Below, one piece after another: positions 36,862-46,144 of a DNA stretch of 64,000 bases. The stretch's first letter is position 1. The number at the start of each line of letters is the position of its first letter. The stretch covers positions 1-64,000 of the forward strand of contig JAXMNT010000032.1 in the NCBI GenBank assembly GCA_034670305.1, read 5' to 3'. The position numbers and the translations under genes were made by a program. The notes below the pieces were generated by a model. That model was not told the origin of the DNA. It was given only the letters and a program-made list of their open reading frames with translations, and ran no database searches. Source of the stretch: Deltaproteobacteria bacterium. GTDB taxonomy: Bacteria; Myxococcota_A; Polyangia; Polyangiales; Houyiibacteriaceae.

Positions 36862-38133
36862 CTACATCCGCGCGAGGCGGGCGCGGGCGAACTCGGCGTT
36901 TGGGTCGCGGTCGAGCGCTGCGCGCCACTGCAAACGGGCAGCGTCCTCGTCGCCTGCGCGCTCGTAGTAGAGCGCGAGGTTCATGACGGGATGGGGGTCG
37001 GTGGGATCGAGTTCCGCCGCGCGCGACAGGGCTTCGATCGCGCCCGCTTCGTCGCCAAGCTGCATGCGCGCTGCGCCGAGACCGTTGTGCGCGGCCGCAA
37101 GGTTCGGGGCGTTCTCCACTGCGCGTTCGTAGGCGAGCGCCGACTGAGAAGCGTCTTCCTGAAAGAGCAGGTTGCCGAGCTTGACCCACGTCGCGGAGTC
37201 GGTCGGTTTCGACCGCAGCGCCTCGCGGTAGCCCGAGAGCGCGGTCTCCACCTCGCCGCGGGCGCGCGCGATGTCGGCCAACCCGATGGTCGCCAGCGTC
37301 TCGTGCGGCGCCAGCTCGAGCACCCGGTCGAAGTCGTCCGCCGCTGCGTCGAGGTCGTCGCGATCGAGCGCGCACAACGCGCGGCCGAGCAGCGCCTGCG
37401 GGTTGGCGGGGGCGAGCTCGAGCGCGTGCTCGAACGACGCGGCGGCTTCGTCGGCGTCGCCCTCGGCCCGCCGAATGCGTCCGAGGTTGATCCACGCCGT
37501 GTGGCGTTCCGGGTCGAGCTCCAGCGCGGTGCGCCACTCACGCTCGGCATCTTCGGCGCGGCCGAGGCGCTCGAGGGCCAGGCCCCGACGGTCGTGGAGC
37601 GACGCGACGTTCGGCGCGGTCTCGAGCAGACGCCGGAGCGCGTTTTCAGCGGTTCGGGCGTCGTCCGCATCAAGCGCGAGGTCGGCCTTCTGCAGCAGCG
37701 CACGCGGGTGGTCGGGCTCGAGCGCGAGGGCTTCGGTGATGTGCGCCAGTGCGAGATCGGTGCGCTGTGCTTCCCGCGCGATGACACTCGCCAGGACATG
37801 GCGGTGGGGCGTCCATCCGGCTTCCGACCGGGCCGCGCTCATCGCACCTTCGGCGCTGATCAGATCCCCGCGGCCGAGATGAACCAACGCGTCGAGATCG
37901 TGATGCAGCGCACCCGCGTTGAGGCCCGCCTCTTCCGCGAGGTCGAGTTCGGCTTGGGCATCCGCCGCCGGGATGTCGCGAAGTTCAGGCGCGTCCGCAA
38001 AGGGGGTCGCGAACAACGCGCGGGCCCGTTCGAGGTGCGACTCCGCGGTGGCGTCCTGGTGTTGCACGACACCCACGACGACGAGCGAACAGACCACGGC
38101 AGCGGCCATGACGAGGGCGAGGGAACGGCGCAT
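36862..38133 (-). CDS. Tetratricopeptide repeat protein with N-terminal signal/TM helix
   Basis: Multiple ALxLxP / AWINLG / AHNGLG TPR units. Confidence 0.88.
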   Translation of the reverse strand: MRRSLALVMAAAVVCSLVVVGVVQHQDATAESHLERARALFATPFADAPELRDIPAADAQAELDLAEEAGLNAGALHHDLDALVHLGRGDLISAEGAMSAARSEAGWTPHRHVLASVIAREAQRTDLALAHITEALALEPDHPRALLQKADLALDADDARTAENALRRLLETAPNVASLHDRRGLALERLGRAEDAEREWRTALELDPERHTAWINLGRIRRAEGDADEAAASFEHALELAPANPQALLGRALCALDRDDLDAAADDFDRVLELAPHETLATIGLADIARARGEVETALSGYREALRSKPTDSATWVKLGNLLFQEDASQSALAYERAVENAPNLAAAHNGLGAARMQLGDEAGAIEALSRAAELDPTDPHPVMNLALYYERAGDEDAARLQWRAALDRDPNAEFARARLARM

Positions 38134-38241
38134 GGGTTCAGGTACAGAAACGCCCGATCCGTGGTCAAGAAAGTGGAGGTTTTCCTCCCCCTCCCCGCCC
38201 CGTTGTTTGCTCACGGGCGGGGATATGCTCCAATCGCCGCC

Positions 38242-39282
38242 GTGACCCACCCTGACCTCGGACGACGGCTCTGCGGCAAATACGAGCTCGTGTCGCTGGC
38301 CGGTGAGGGCGGCATGGCGGAAGTCTTCTACGCCTTTACCCACGGCGCGGAGGGGTTTCGTCGCCCCGTCGCGGTCAAACGCATCCTGGATCACCTCGCC
38401 GAAGACCCGAGCTTCGTCGCCATGTTCGTCGAAGAAGCCCGGGTCACCGCCGCGCTGACGCACCCGAACATCGTTCAGATCCACGACTTCGCAGAAGACT
38501 CGGACGGCGCCTTCTTCCTCGTGATGGAGTGGGTCGACGGAGTGAACCTCTTCCACTGGCAGCAGGCGTACCTGGTGGCGGGCGAACACACGCCATGGCA
38601 CCTGGTCGCGGCCGCCGGCATCGAAGTGCTCAAGGCGCTCCACGGCGCGCACGAACACGAGGACAACGCCGGCCGCAAGGTGCCGGTGTTCCACCGGGAC
38701 GTGACGCCGCAGAACATTCTCATCGGCGCCAACGGCGTCGTGAAGCTGACCGACTTCGGGCTCGCGCGCGCCATGGACCGCGCACGCATGACGCAGCCGC
38801 AGATGCTCAAAGGCAAACTCTCCTACGTCGCGCCCGAGATGATCACCGGCGGGGACCCGAGCGTGCAGACCGACCTGTTCGGGATCGGCATCGTGCTCTG
38901 GGAAACGCTCGCGGGCCGCAAACTCTTCGATGGGGAAGGACCACTGCAGATCCTCTCCAAGGTGAAGGACGCGGAGGTTCCCCTTCTGAGCGACATCCGG
39001 CCCGACATTCCCCGCGCGCTCAACGACGCAGTCCACCGTGCGCTCGAGAAGGAACCGACGGCGCGGTTCAAGAGCGCACGTTCGATGGTGCGGGCGCTGG
39101 CGAACATTCTCCGGATGACGCCCGAGTCGACCAGCTCCGAGGTCGTCGCTCGCACGGTGCGCCTCGCCCAGCAGCGGCTTCGCGACGCGAACCCTCCGCC
39201 GCAAGAGTTGAGCGCCAGCGAGCTCGAAGCGCTGATGGACGAGCCGAGCCACATCCCGCTCACGACCCGCAAGAAGTCCTGA
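38242..39282 (+). CDS. Cytoplasmic Ser/Thr protein kinase
   Basis: GEGGMAEV, VAVKRI, HRDVTPQN, DFG, YVAPE. Confidence 0.92.
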   Translation: MTHPDLGRRLCGKYELVSLAGEGGMAEVFYAFTHGAEGFRRPVAVKRILDHLAEDPSFVAMFVEEARVTAALTHPNIVQIHDFAEDSDGAFFLVMEWVDGVNLFHWQQAYLVAGEHTPWHLVAAAGIEVLKALHGAHEHEDNAGRKVPVFHRDVTPQNILIGANGVVKLTDFGLARAMDRARMTQPQMLKGKLSYVAPEMITGGDPSVQTDLFGIGIVLWETLAGRKLFDGEGPLQILSKVKDAEVPLLSDIRPDIPRALNDAVHRALEKEPTARFKSARSMVRALANILRMTPESTSSEVVARTVRLAQQRLRDANPPPQELSASELEALMDEPSHIPLTTRKKS

Positions 39283-39289
39283 ACGCCGC

Positions 39290-39940
39290 TTGTCCTCCCC
39301 GGTGGTCGAAGAGAATCCAGTGGCTGGCGCAGATCAGGCGGACGGTGCGGCAGAGCGCAGCGTCGCAGGCGACCACGCACCGAAGCCCTCCAATCGGTGG
39401 CGCTTGCTCGCGCTCGTGGTGCTCTTCGTCGGATCGCTCGTGGTCGCAAAACTCACCGGCCTGACAGACGAACTGAGTCTCGAGCGCGTCCGAGGGTTCA
39501 TGGAGGGCGCCGGCGTCGTCGGCTTCCTCTTGTTCCTCGCCGCGTTCGCCGTGGGCGAGTTGGTGCACGTGCCCGGACTGGTCTTTGTCGCGGCGGCGAT
39601 CCTCGCGTACGGGCGCACGCTCGGCGGCGGCGCAGCGTATGTCGGCGCGATCGTGAGCGTCTGCGTCAGCTTCTGGGTGGTCCGGGGCGTCGGCGGGCAG
39701 CCGCTCGCGGAGATCCAGCGGCCGTTCATGAAACGGATCCTCGCGAGGCTCGACCGCCACCCCATCCGGGTGGTGGCGCTGTTGCGCGTCCTGCTCTGGA
39801 TGGCGCCGCCGCTCAACTACGCGCTTGCCATGAGCCCCGTCCGGTTCCGCGACTACCTGCTTGGATCGCTCATCGGCCTGGTGCTTCCGATGGTCGCAGC
39901 CAGCCTCTTCTTCGAATGGCTGGTCGCGACCTTCTTGTAG
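39290..39940 (+). CDS. TVP38/TMEM64 (VTT/DedA-like) membrane protein
   Basis: LLRVLLWMAPPLNYALAMSPVRFRDYLLGS; several TM helices. Confidence 0.85.
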   Translation: MSSPVVEENPVAGADQADGAAERSVAGDHAPKPSNRWRLLALVVLFVGSLVVAKLTGLTDELSLERVRGFMEGAGVVGFLLFLAAFAVGELVHVPGLVFVAAAILAYGRTLGGGAAYVGAIVSVCVSFWVVRGVGGQPLAEIQRPFMKRILARLDRHPIRVVALLRVLLWMAPPLNYALAMSPVRFRDYLLGSLIGLVLPMVAASLFFEWLVATFL

Positions 39941-40002
39941 TCGAAGCCCGTACCGGCAGGGTCCCAAGGGATGCTCGGCGCCGGACGTCGTACCATCCTT
40001 CG

Positions 40003-41049
40003 ATGTCTCCCCGCCCAACCACGCTCGTCCTCCTGCTTCTCGCCGCGTGTGGCGCCGACAACGCGAGCACTGCGGTTCCCACAGCCAGCACTGCGGGTCC
40101 CACAGCCAACCCCACCCCGAGCACACCGGCCACCCCACCGAGCGCCGGGTCGTACGAGCTGCACGAATGGGGGCTCTTGACCGTGAGTGCGTCGGGCACC
40201 CAGGTCACCGCCGGACCCATGCGCCAGTCCGACGCGATGATCGTGGTGGAAAAGCCAGTGATCTACCTCCACACCTCGAGCGCGCTCGACCTCGCGATCG
40301 GGGTGCATCCGGGCGCTGGATACGGCGTCGCAGAGCACTACCCACCCCTTCGCAACGCCGACGGGGCGCTTCACTGGAGCGTCGCCACCACCGGCGCGCG
40401 CTGCGCCGACCGACACCGGTACCCAGACACGTGTGGACCGAGCGGAGCGCCGTGCGAGGTGCCCGAACTCCCGAACTACGAGACCGCCGATGCGAGCTGT
40501 CTCCGGGTCGGTCCGCACCAACTGCCGCTGCTCTTCTACCGGCTCGACCGAGACACACCTGCGTCGTTGCCTGTAGCGATCGAACAAGCCGGAGACACCG
40601 TGCGGGCGCGACGAACGCCTGGGCATGGGCAACTCGGCATGGCCTGGCGGGTGACCGCACGCGGCGGAGAGGTGCGCGCCATCCAGGTGTCGATCGGCGA
40701 AGCTGCCGCGGACATTCCGGAGGCGACGCAGTCGGTCGAAGTCGCGTCCATGGGCTTGGACGCGGCGCTCCAGGCCACCGGGCTGACGACCGAAGAGCGC
40801 AACGCGTTCGCGCGCGCGTGGTCCACCGATCTCTTCGGCGAAGGGATCACGCTGGGCGGCGGCGGCGCGGTGGAACGCACTGTCGAGGAGGTCGTCGTCG
40901 AAGAAGACATGCCGGACTCGGTCCCGACCATCGCCGATGTGCTCCTCTACCTCCTGCCCGCCGCGGACGTCGATTCGGTCGCCCGCATCTCTGCCACGCC
41001 CGCACCGACCCGAACGGTGCGGAGCTTCGTCGTACGACAGGTGTTGTGA
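40003..41049 (+). CDS. Hypothetical lipoprotein (HEWG / KPVIY motif family), paralog 1
   Basis: LAAC lipobox; YELHEWG, EKPVIYLH, LLFYR. Confidence 0.75.
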   Translation: MSPRPTTLVLLLLAACGADNASTAVPTASTAGPTANPTPSTPATPPSAGSYELHEWGLLTVSASGTQVTAGPMRQSDAMIVVEKPVIYLHTSSALDLAIGVHPGAGYGVAEHYPPLRNADGALHWSVATTGARCADRHRYPDTCGPSGAPCEVPELPNYETADASCLRVGPHQLPLLFYRLDRDTPASLPVAIEQAGDTVRARRTPGHGQLGMAWRVTARGGEVRAIQVSIGEAAADIPEATQSVEVASMGLDAALQATGLTTEERNAFARAWSTDLFGEGITLGGGGAVERTVEEVVVEEDMPDSVPTIADVLLYLLPAADVDSVARISATPAPTRTVRSFVVRQVL

Positions 41050-42170
41050 TGAATCGTCTCTCGATCGTGTCGGTCACGTGTTCCTTGCTCGCGGGTTCAT
41101 TTCTCGCGTGTGGTGGCTCGCAAGAAGTTCAGGAACAGACGCCGGTGCCTCCGACCGCAGCGCCGACTCCAACCGAGACCGAGGCCACGGCGCCCTACGA
41201 CCTGCACGAGTGGGGCCTGCTCTCGGTGACCCGCAGCTCGGTCGAGCTCGCGGCGGGCCCCAACGCACGCCGCATGCGACCCGATCCGATGGAGCTCACG
41301 GTCGACAAACCGGTCGTCTACGTGCACACGGACGCGCCCTCGGCGTTCGCGCTGCGGGTGCACCTCGGCGCGGGCTACCAGACTGCGGAGCGGTGGCCTG
41401 AACACGCAGGCCCGCTGCATTGGCACGTACATGCGACCGGCGCGCCGTGTGGGGCCGACCGTTCGCCGTACCCGGCGGAATGTACGAACACCGATGGCTA
41501 CTGCGAAGCGCTCGAGCTGCCGCGCTACGAGACCGCGGGGGCTTCCTGCCTTCACGTCGGCGCCACGAAAGCGCCGCTCTTGTTCTACCGCCTGCGCGCA
41601 GCCGACCGCACCGTCGCAGACCGGCTGCCGGTGACGCAGGAGAGCGCGGGTTTTCGCGCGCGCCGTGCCACGGTCGCGTACCGGGTGCACTGGAGGCAGG
41701 GCGTGGGGCACGCCATTCGGATCCCGCTCGGCGACACCACCACCGCACCGCCCGACGGTCCAGAAGGGCTAGACGAAGTCATCGCTTGGCTGCGGACCGA
41801 GATGACCGAACGCGGGCTCGACGCCGAAGAGCGCGGCGCCTTCGAGCGGGCGTGGTGGGGCGCGCTCTTCGGAGCGGATCTGGCACCGAGCGACGATTCG
41901 GCCGCCACCGACCACCCAGTTCGCGCGGCCGACGTACGGCCGGCCGATCGACAGGCGGCCGACGAAGACGGAGACGACGGTGTGGTCGCCGACGAGACCG
42001 TCCTCGACAACCTGACCGCCGACGTGCCCCGCGCACCGGGCGCGCCCCAGTACGACGACGTCCTCCTGTACTGGCTCGAGGATGCGGAGATCGACGCCAT
42101 CGCCCGCCTCGAGGCGACACCGGCACCACGGACCACCCGCCGCGCGTTCCTCGTCCGCCACGCGTTCTGA
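41049..42170 (+). CDS. Hypothetical lipoprotein (HEWG / KPVVY motif family), paralog 2
   Basis: FLAC lipobox; YDLHEWG, DKPVVYVH, LLFYR; TGATG overlap with paralog 1. Confidence 0.75.
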   Translation: MNRLSIVSVTCSLLAGSFLACGGSQEVQEQTPVPPTAAPTPTETEATAPYDLHEWGLLSVTRSSVELAAGPNARRMRPDPMELTVDKPVVYVHTDAPSAFALRVHLGAGYQTAERWPEHAGPLHWHVHATGAPCGADRSPYPAECTNTDGYCEALELPRYETAGASCLHVGATKAPLLFYRLRAADRTVADRLPVTQESAGFRARRATVAYRVHWRQGVGHAIRIPLGDTTTAPPDGPEGLDEVIAWLRTEMTERGLDAEERGAFERAWWGALFGADLAPSDDSAATDHPVRAADVRPADRQAADEDGDDGVVADETVLDNLTADVPRAPGAPQYDDVLLYWLEDAEIDAIARLEATPAPRTTRRAFLVRHAF

Positions 42171-42190
42171 TACGGACACAGCGAGACGGC

Positions 42191-42442
42191 GGCAGAGACA
42201 GCGGCAGAGACAGCGGCAGAGACAGCGGCAGAGACAGCGGCAGAGACAGCGGCAGAGACAGCGGCAGAGACAGCGGCAGAGACAGCGGCAGAGACGGCGG
42301 CAGAGACAGCGGCAGAGACGGCGGCAGAGACGGCGGCAGAGACAGCGGCAGAGACAGCGGCAGAGACAGCGGCAGAGACAGCGGCAGAGACAGCGGCAGA
42401 GACAGCGGCAGAGACAGCGGCAGAGACAGCGGCAGAGACAGC
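42191..42442. repeat. Intergenic array of 21 12-mers GGCAGAGACAGC (three GGCAGAGACGGC variants)
   Basis: Read directly; lies between convergent stop codons. Confidence 0.97.
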
Positions 42443-42457
42443 AAGCCGTGACGTCGT

Positions 42458-43198
42458 TCAGAAACGATGAAGGACGGAGAGCTGGGTTCCGACGAGCGCG
42501 ACTTCCGTCTCGCGCTCCTCGGCCCCCCGCGCGGACTTGATCCGCACAAGCGTCCACACCAAGCCACCCAAGAGCGCCGCTCCGCCCACCACGAGCAGCA
42601 CGTTCGCGGTGCGTTGACGGCGCTGGGCTTGGTCCACGAGCTCGACCGCCCGCTCGTGGGTCGTGCGCGGGTCGGCGGCGAGATCGTTGTCGCGCCGCGC
42701 GCCGACGCCCACCCCGAGGCCGACCGCCGCGAGCACGGCGCCACCGGAGGTGACGATGAGGGGATCGCGCACGTCGACCGGCTCCGGTTCGGCTTCGTCC
42801 TGCTCGGGTTCGCCGCGCGCCCACCAAGCGAGTTCGCCCTCGTTCGACGCCACCTCGCCGGTCGCGTGCTCGCGCTGCAGTGCGTTGAGCCGGCGCTGGG
42901 CCTCCTCGTAGTCGGGCGCGCTCGTGCCGAGCTCGAGGTACTGGCGGTACGCGTCCATGGCGTCGTCGTCTTGATCGGACTGCTCGAGCGAGCGCGCCCA
43001 GTTGAACAGCAACACCGGTTCGGGGTGCAGTTCGTACGCCGCCGCGAACAAGGTCGCCGCGCGCCGGAACGCACCTTCGCGGTACGCAGACACCGCCTGC
43101 TCGAACACGCCGAGCGCTTCGTCCCGTTCGGACTGAGCGTGCGCACGCGTCGTGATCGAGACGAGACCGAGGGCGATGGCGAGCAGAACGAAACGCAC
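42458..43198 (-). CDS. Exported TPR-like protein with C-terminal hydrophobic segments
   Basis: Signal peptide; AYELHPEPVLLFNWARSLE...AMDAYRQYL. Confidence 0.8.
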   Translation of the reverse strand: MRFVLLAIALGLVSITTRAHAQSERDEALGVFEQAVSAYREGAFRRAATLFAAAYELHPEPVLLFNWARSLEQSDQDDDAMDAYRQYLELGTSAPDYEEAQRRLNALQREHATGEVASNEGELAWWARGEPEQDEAEPEPVDVRDPLIVTSGGAVLAAVGLGVGVGARRDNDLAADPRTTHERAVELVDQAQRRQRTANVLLVVGGAALLGGLVWTLVRIKSARGAEERETEVALVGTQLSVLHRF

Positions 43199-43202
43199 CC
43201 GA

Positions 43203-44870
43203 TCACTCTACGCGGAAAAAGCCGCCGCCCGACATCGCATTCTCCATCTGGCCCGCCATGCGCGTCGTCATGCGCACCCGCATTCGAGGACGCGAGCGCG
43301 ACGCCGAGGCTTCCGGCTCAGAGGATACGAGCGCCCGGTCGAACACGACGTCGCGCGACAGATCGACTTCGGCAGCCACCAGCTCGAAGTCGTCTCGGCG
43401 AAGCTCGAGGAAGGCCTTGCCCGGTTCTGCATCGCGCTCGACCCGCAGCGGCGTGCGACCAAGCACCTGCCCGCGCAAGAGCACCTCTGCGCCGGAAGGT
43501 TCCGAGCGGATCTCCCAGCGCACCCGCCGTGGCTGGGTCGGCTCGGCAGGCTCGACCGGGGGCGGCGTCGGTGCCGACACACGCTGAGGACGCGGCGCGA
43601 TCGGTGCCGGCGTCGGCGTCGAGGGCCAGAAGACCGCCAGCGCAACGACCAATCCCACAACAGCCGCGGCGATCCATGCAAGCCGTCGCCGATCGGGGCG
43701 GACGGTTCCGAGGTCTTCCAACTGCACGGTGGCCATGGGCGAGGCGCCCGAAGACGGTTCGGAAGGAGCTTCGGAAGAAGCTTCGGCCGACTTCACGACC
43801 GTCCCTGCGGGCAGTGGTGGCAGAGGTCCGTCCGGGTCGATCCGCCGGGTGCGTGCCGACGTCTCGACCGGCAGGGGGGCGGTTGCTTTCCCTTCCACGA
43901 TGTCGACGAGGCTCAACTCCATGGTTCCGGCCTCCGCGCTGCGCGGCAAGAGCTCCGACACGAGTGCGCCCAGACGCGACCGCAGATCGTGCCGCGGTTT
44001 CGAGCGCAGCCAACCGAGCAACCCCTCGCGCATCGCCCGGGCATCAGAGAACCGGTCGTCCGGGTCCGGTGCGAGGGCAGCGCGCAGCACGTCCGCGAGT
44101 TCCGCGGGCACGTCCGCGAGTCCGTCGAGGTTGACGCGGCCGCCTTGGATCGCGCTGAGCGCCGCCACCTCGGAGTCGCCTGGATACACGTAGGCGCTCG
44201 TGATCGCTTTGAGCAGGGTCGCACCGAGCGCGAAGAGATCGGCGCGGTGGTCGAGTTGATGGCGCGCGCGGAGTTGTTCCGGCGCCATGTAGAGGAGCTT
44301 GCCCTTCACCACCCCGACCGAGGTGGCGTGATCCTGGAGCGAGCTCTTCGCGATGCCGAAGTCGATGACCTTCACGCCGCCGTCCCGGGTGACGAAGAGG
44401 TTGTCCGGGCTGATGTCGCGATGAATGATCGGCGCGGCGGCGCCCTCCTCATCGCGATGCGAGTGGGCGGCCTGAAGCGCCGCACACGCTTCCGCGCCGA
44501 TGTGCGCCGCGAGCTCGGGCTCGAGCGTTCGACCCGCATCCGAGAGGGTGCTCAAGAGCGTCGAGAGCGGGTGCCCGTCGAGGTACTCCATCGCGATGAA
44601 CAGATGGCCGCCGTCGGAGCCCAGTTCGATGACCGACACGATGTTGGGGTGGTGGAGCGACGAGAGGATGCGCGCCTCGTCGACGAACATCTGGCGGTAC
44701 TCTTCTTTCTCGCGAAACCCTTCGAGGATGCGCTTGAGCACCACCGGCCGGGTGACGTTGTGGCTGCCCTCCAGAACGCCGAGCAAGACCTCTGCCATGC
44801 CACCCTTGCCGAGTTGACGGACGATTCGGTACCGCCCGATCTGGGCCTCGGAGATCGCTTGCGCCGCCAC
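43203..44870 (-). CDS. Transmembrane Ser/Thr kinase with extracytoplasmic PEGA-like domain
   Basis: GKGGMAEV, HRDISPDN, DFG, YMAPE; TM helix; IRSEPSGAEV...LGRTPL. Confidence 0.92.
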   Translation of the reverse strand: MAAQAISEAQIGRYRIVRQLGKGGMAEVLLGVLEGSHNVTRPVVLKRILEGFREKEEYRQMFVDEARILSSLHHPNIVSVIELGSDGGHLFIAMEYLDGHPLSTLLSTLSDAGRTLEPELAAHIGAEACAALQAAHSHRDEEGAAAPIIHRDISPDNLFVTRDGGVKVIDFGIAKSSLQDHATSVGVVKGKLLYMAPEQLRARHQLDHRADLFALGATLLKAITSAYVYPGDSEVAALSAIQGGRVNLDGLADVPAELADVLRAALAPDPDDRFSDARAMREGLLGWLRSKPRHDLRSRLGALVSELLPRSAEAGTMELSLVDIVEGKATAPLPVETSARTRRIDPDGPLPPLPAGTVVKSAEASSEAPSEPSSGASPMATVQLEDLGTVRPDRRRLAWIAAAVVGLVVALAVFWPSTPTPAPIAPRPQRVSAPTPPPVEPAEPTQPRRVRWEIRSEPSGAEVLLRGQVLGRTPLRVERDAEPGKAFLELRRDDFELVAAEVDLSRDVVFDRALVSSEPEASASRSRPRMRVRMTTRMAGQMENAMSGGGFFRVE

Positions 44871-44976
44871 CCACGCAGCCTACCGCGCAATGTGGGGGCG
44901 GGTCCGAGAAGTCGAACTTTGGTCGGTCGCTGCAACGGACTTGAACGCAGGCACGGGACGTGCACTTGTCGCAGAC

Positions 44977-46110
44977 ATGGTTGCTTCCCTCCGTCTCTGC
45001 GTCTGCTCCCTTCTGGTCCTCGCTGGCTGCGCGGGGGGCGAGGTCTTTCCGGACGACGCGGGTCGCGATGCACGCGCAGTAGACGCTCCGTTCACGGACG
45101 CGCCCACCGGCGATGCACCTGGCATGGACGCGCCCGTGGACTTCGACGTGGGTCTGTTCGGGCGCGAGGAGGTCTGCGGCAACGGGGTGGACGACGACGC
45201 GGACGGCCGGGTCGACAATGGCTGCGCATGCGTCGTGGGCACGGTCCGCCCGTGCTGGCTCGGCCCGCCCGAGTCGGTGGGGGTCGGCATCTGCCAGGCG
45301 GGCCAGCAGGCCTGCGAGCCCGAGGGAGAAGAAGGCGTGTGGGGGCTCTGCGTCGACATGGTGCTGCCTTCGATCGAGATCGCCGCCACCGGGCGCGACG
45401 AAGACTGCGACGCATTGGTGGACGAAGCCGACGCGCGTTGCGTCGCGAGCGAACAACAAGAGACCCGCTGCGGCGATGAGCGCGATGGAGACTGCGATGG
45501 TCTGGTCGACTGCGAGGATCCCGACTGCGCCGACGGATGCACCACCGAATGCCAGCCCCGCGAGACGATTTGTTGGGGCGGCGCGGACGAAGACTGCGAC
45601 GGGGTGGCCGACTGCGACGATCCCGACTGCGCGTCGGAGGACGCCTGCGGCGAACGGCGATGCCCGCCCGGACAGAGCGAGATCTACACGGAACGCGCGC
45701 CGTTGACGCCGATCGTCGGGCCGCCCCAGATCGAGATGGGCGACGGGGAACCGGTCATGGAGCAGTCTTGCGGCGACACCAGCTGCACCGGCGGCCAGGT
45801 CGAGGTGCGCTTGCACGAAGGCGGCTTCGTCTGTGCGCCGCCCCCGCCGCCCTGCCCCGAAGGACAGCACGCCACCTACGAAACCGCCGGCCGCTGGCGC
45901 TGCGATCCTCCGTGTTCGGTGATTGTTCGGTATGGCTACATCTACGGGTTTCGCCGGGTCTGCGGCGGTCCGCCCGACGTCGTCTGCAGCGGCTCCGAGG
46001 TCCCCACCTTCCTCGCCAACGAGCAGCGCTGGTCGTGCGAGATGGTCTGCAACAACACGCTCTACGACCGATACATCTACGCCGGTCAACTGATCTGCTT
46101 GCCCTGCTGA
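44977..46110 (+). CDS. Cys/Asp-rich lipoprotein with repeated DxDCDGxxD putative metal-binding motifs
   Basis: LAGC lipobox; CGNGVDDDADGRVD, DEDCDALVD, DGDCDGLVDC, DEDCDGVADC. Confidence 0.85.
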   Translation: MVASLRLCVCSLLVLAGCAGGEVFPDDAGRDARAVDAPFTDAPTGDAPGMDAPVDFDVGLFGREEVCGNGVDDDADGRVDNGCACVVGTVRPCWLGPPESVGVGICQAGQQACEPEGEEGVWGLCVDMVLPSIEIAATGRDEDCDALVDEADARCVASEQQETRCGDERDGDCDGLVDCEDPDCADGCTTECQPRETICWGGADEDCDGVADCDDPDCASEDACGERRCPPGQSEIYTERAPLTPIVGPPQIEMGDGEPVMEQSCGDTSCTGGQVEVRLHEGGFVCAPPPPPCPEGQHATYETAGRWRCDPPCSVIVRYGYIYGFRRVCGGPPDVVCSGSEVPTFLANEQRWSCEMVCNNTLYDRYIYAGQLICLPC

Positions 46111-46144
46111 GGGTCTGAGCCGCCTGCGACTGCGAGATGGCCTT

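Noticed and set aside
36862-39252. 796-aa TPR ORF and 763-aa kinase ORF as listed in the ORF track
   Set aside because: Their N-terminal extensions are antisense to each other's real genes; trimmed to starts at 38133 and 38242.
42191-42442. CRISPR array
   Set aside because: The units are contiguous with no unique spacers, and no cas genes are present.
42082-42540. Poly-RQ / RDSG / LSLP / CRCL ORFs
   Set aside because: Artefacts of the 12-mer array between two convergent genes.
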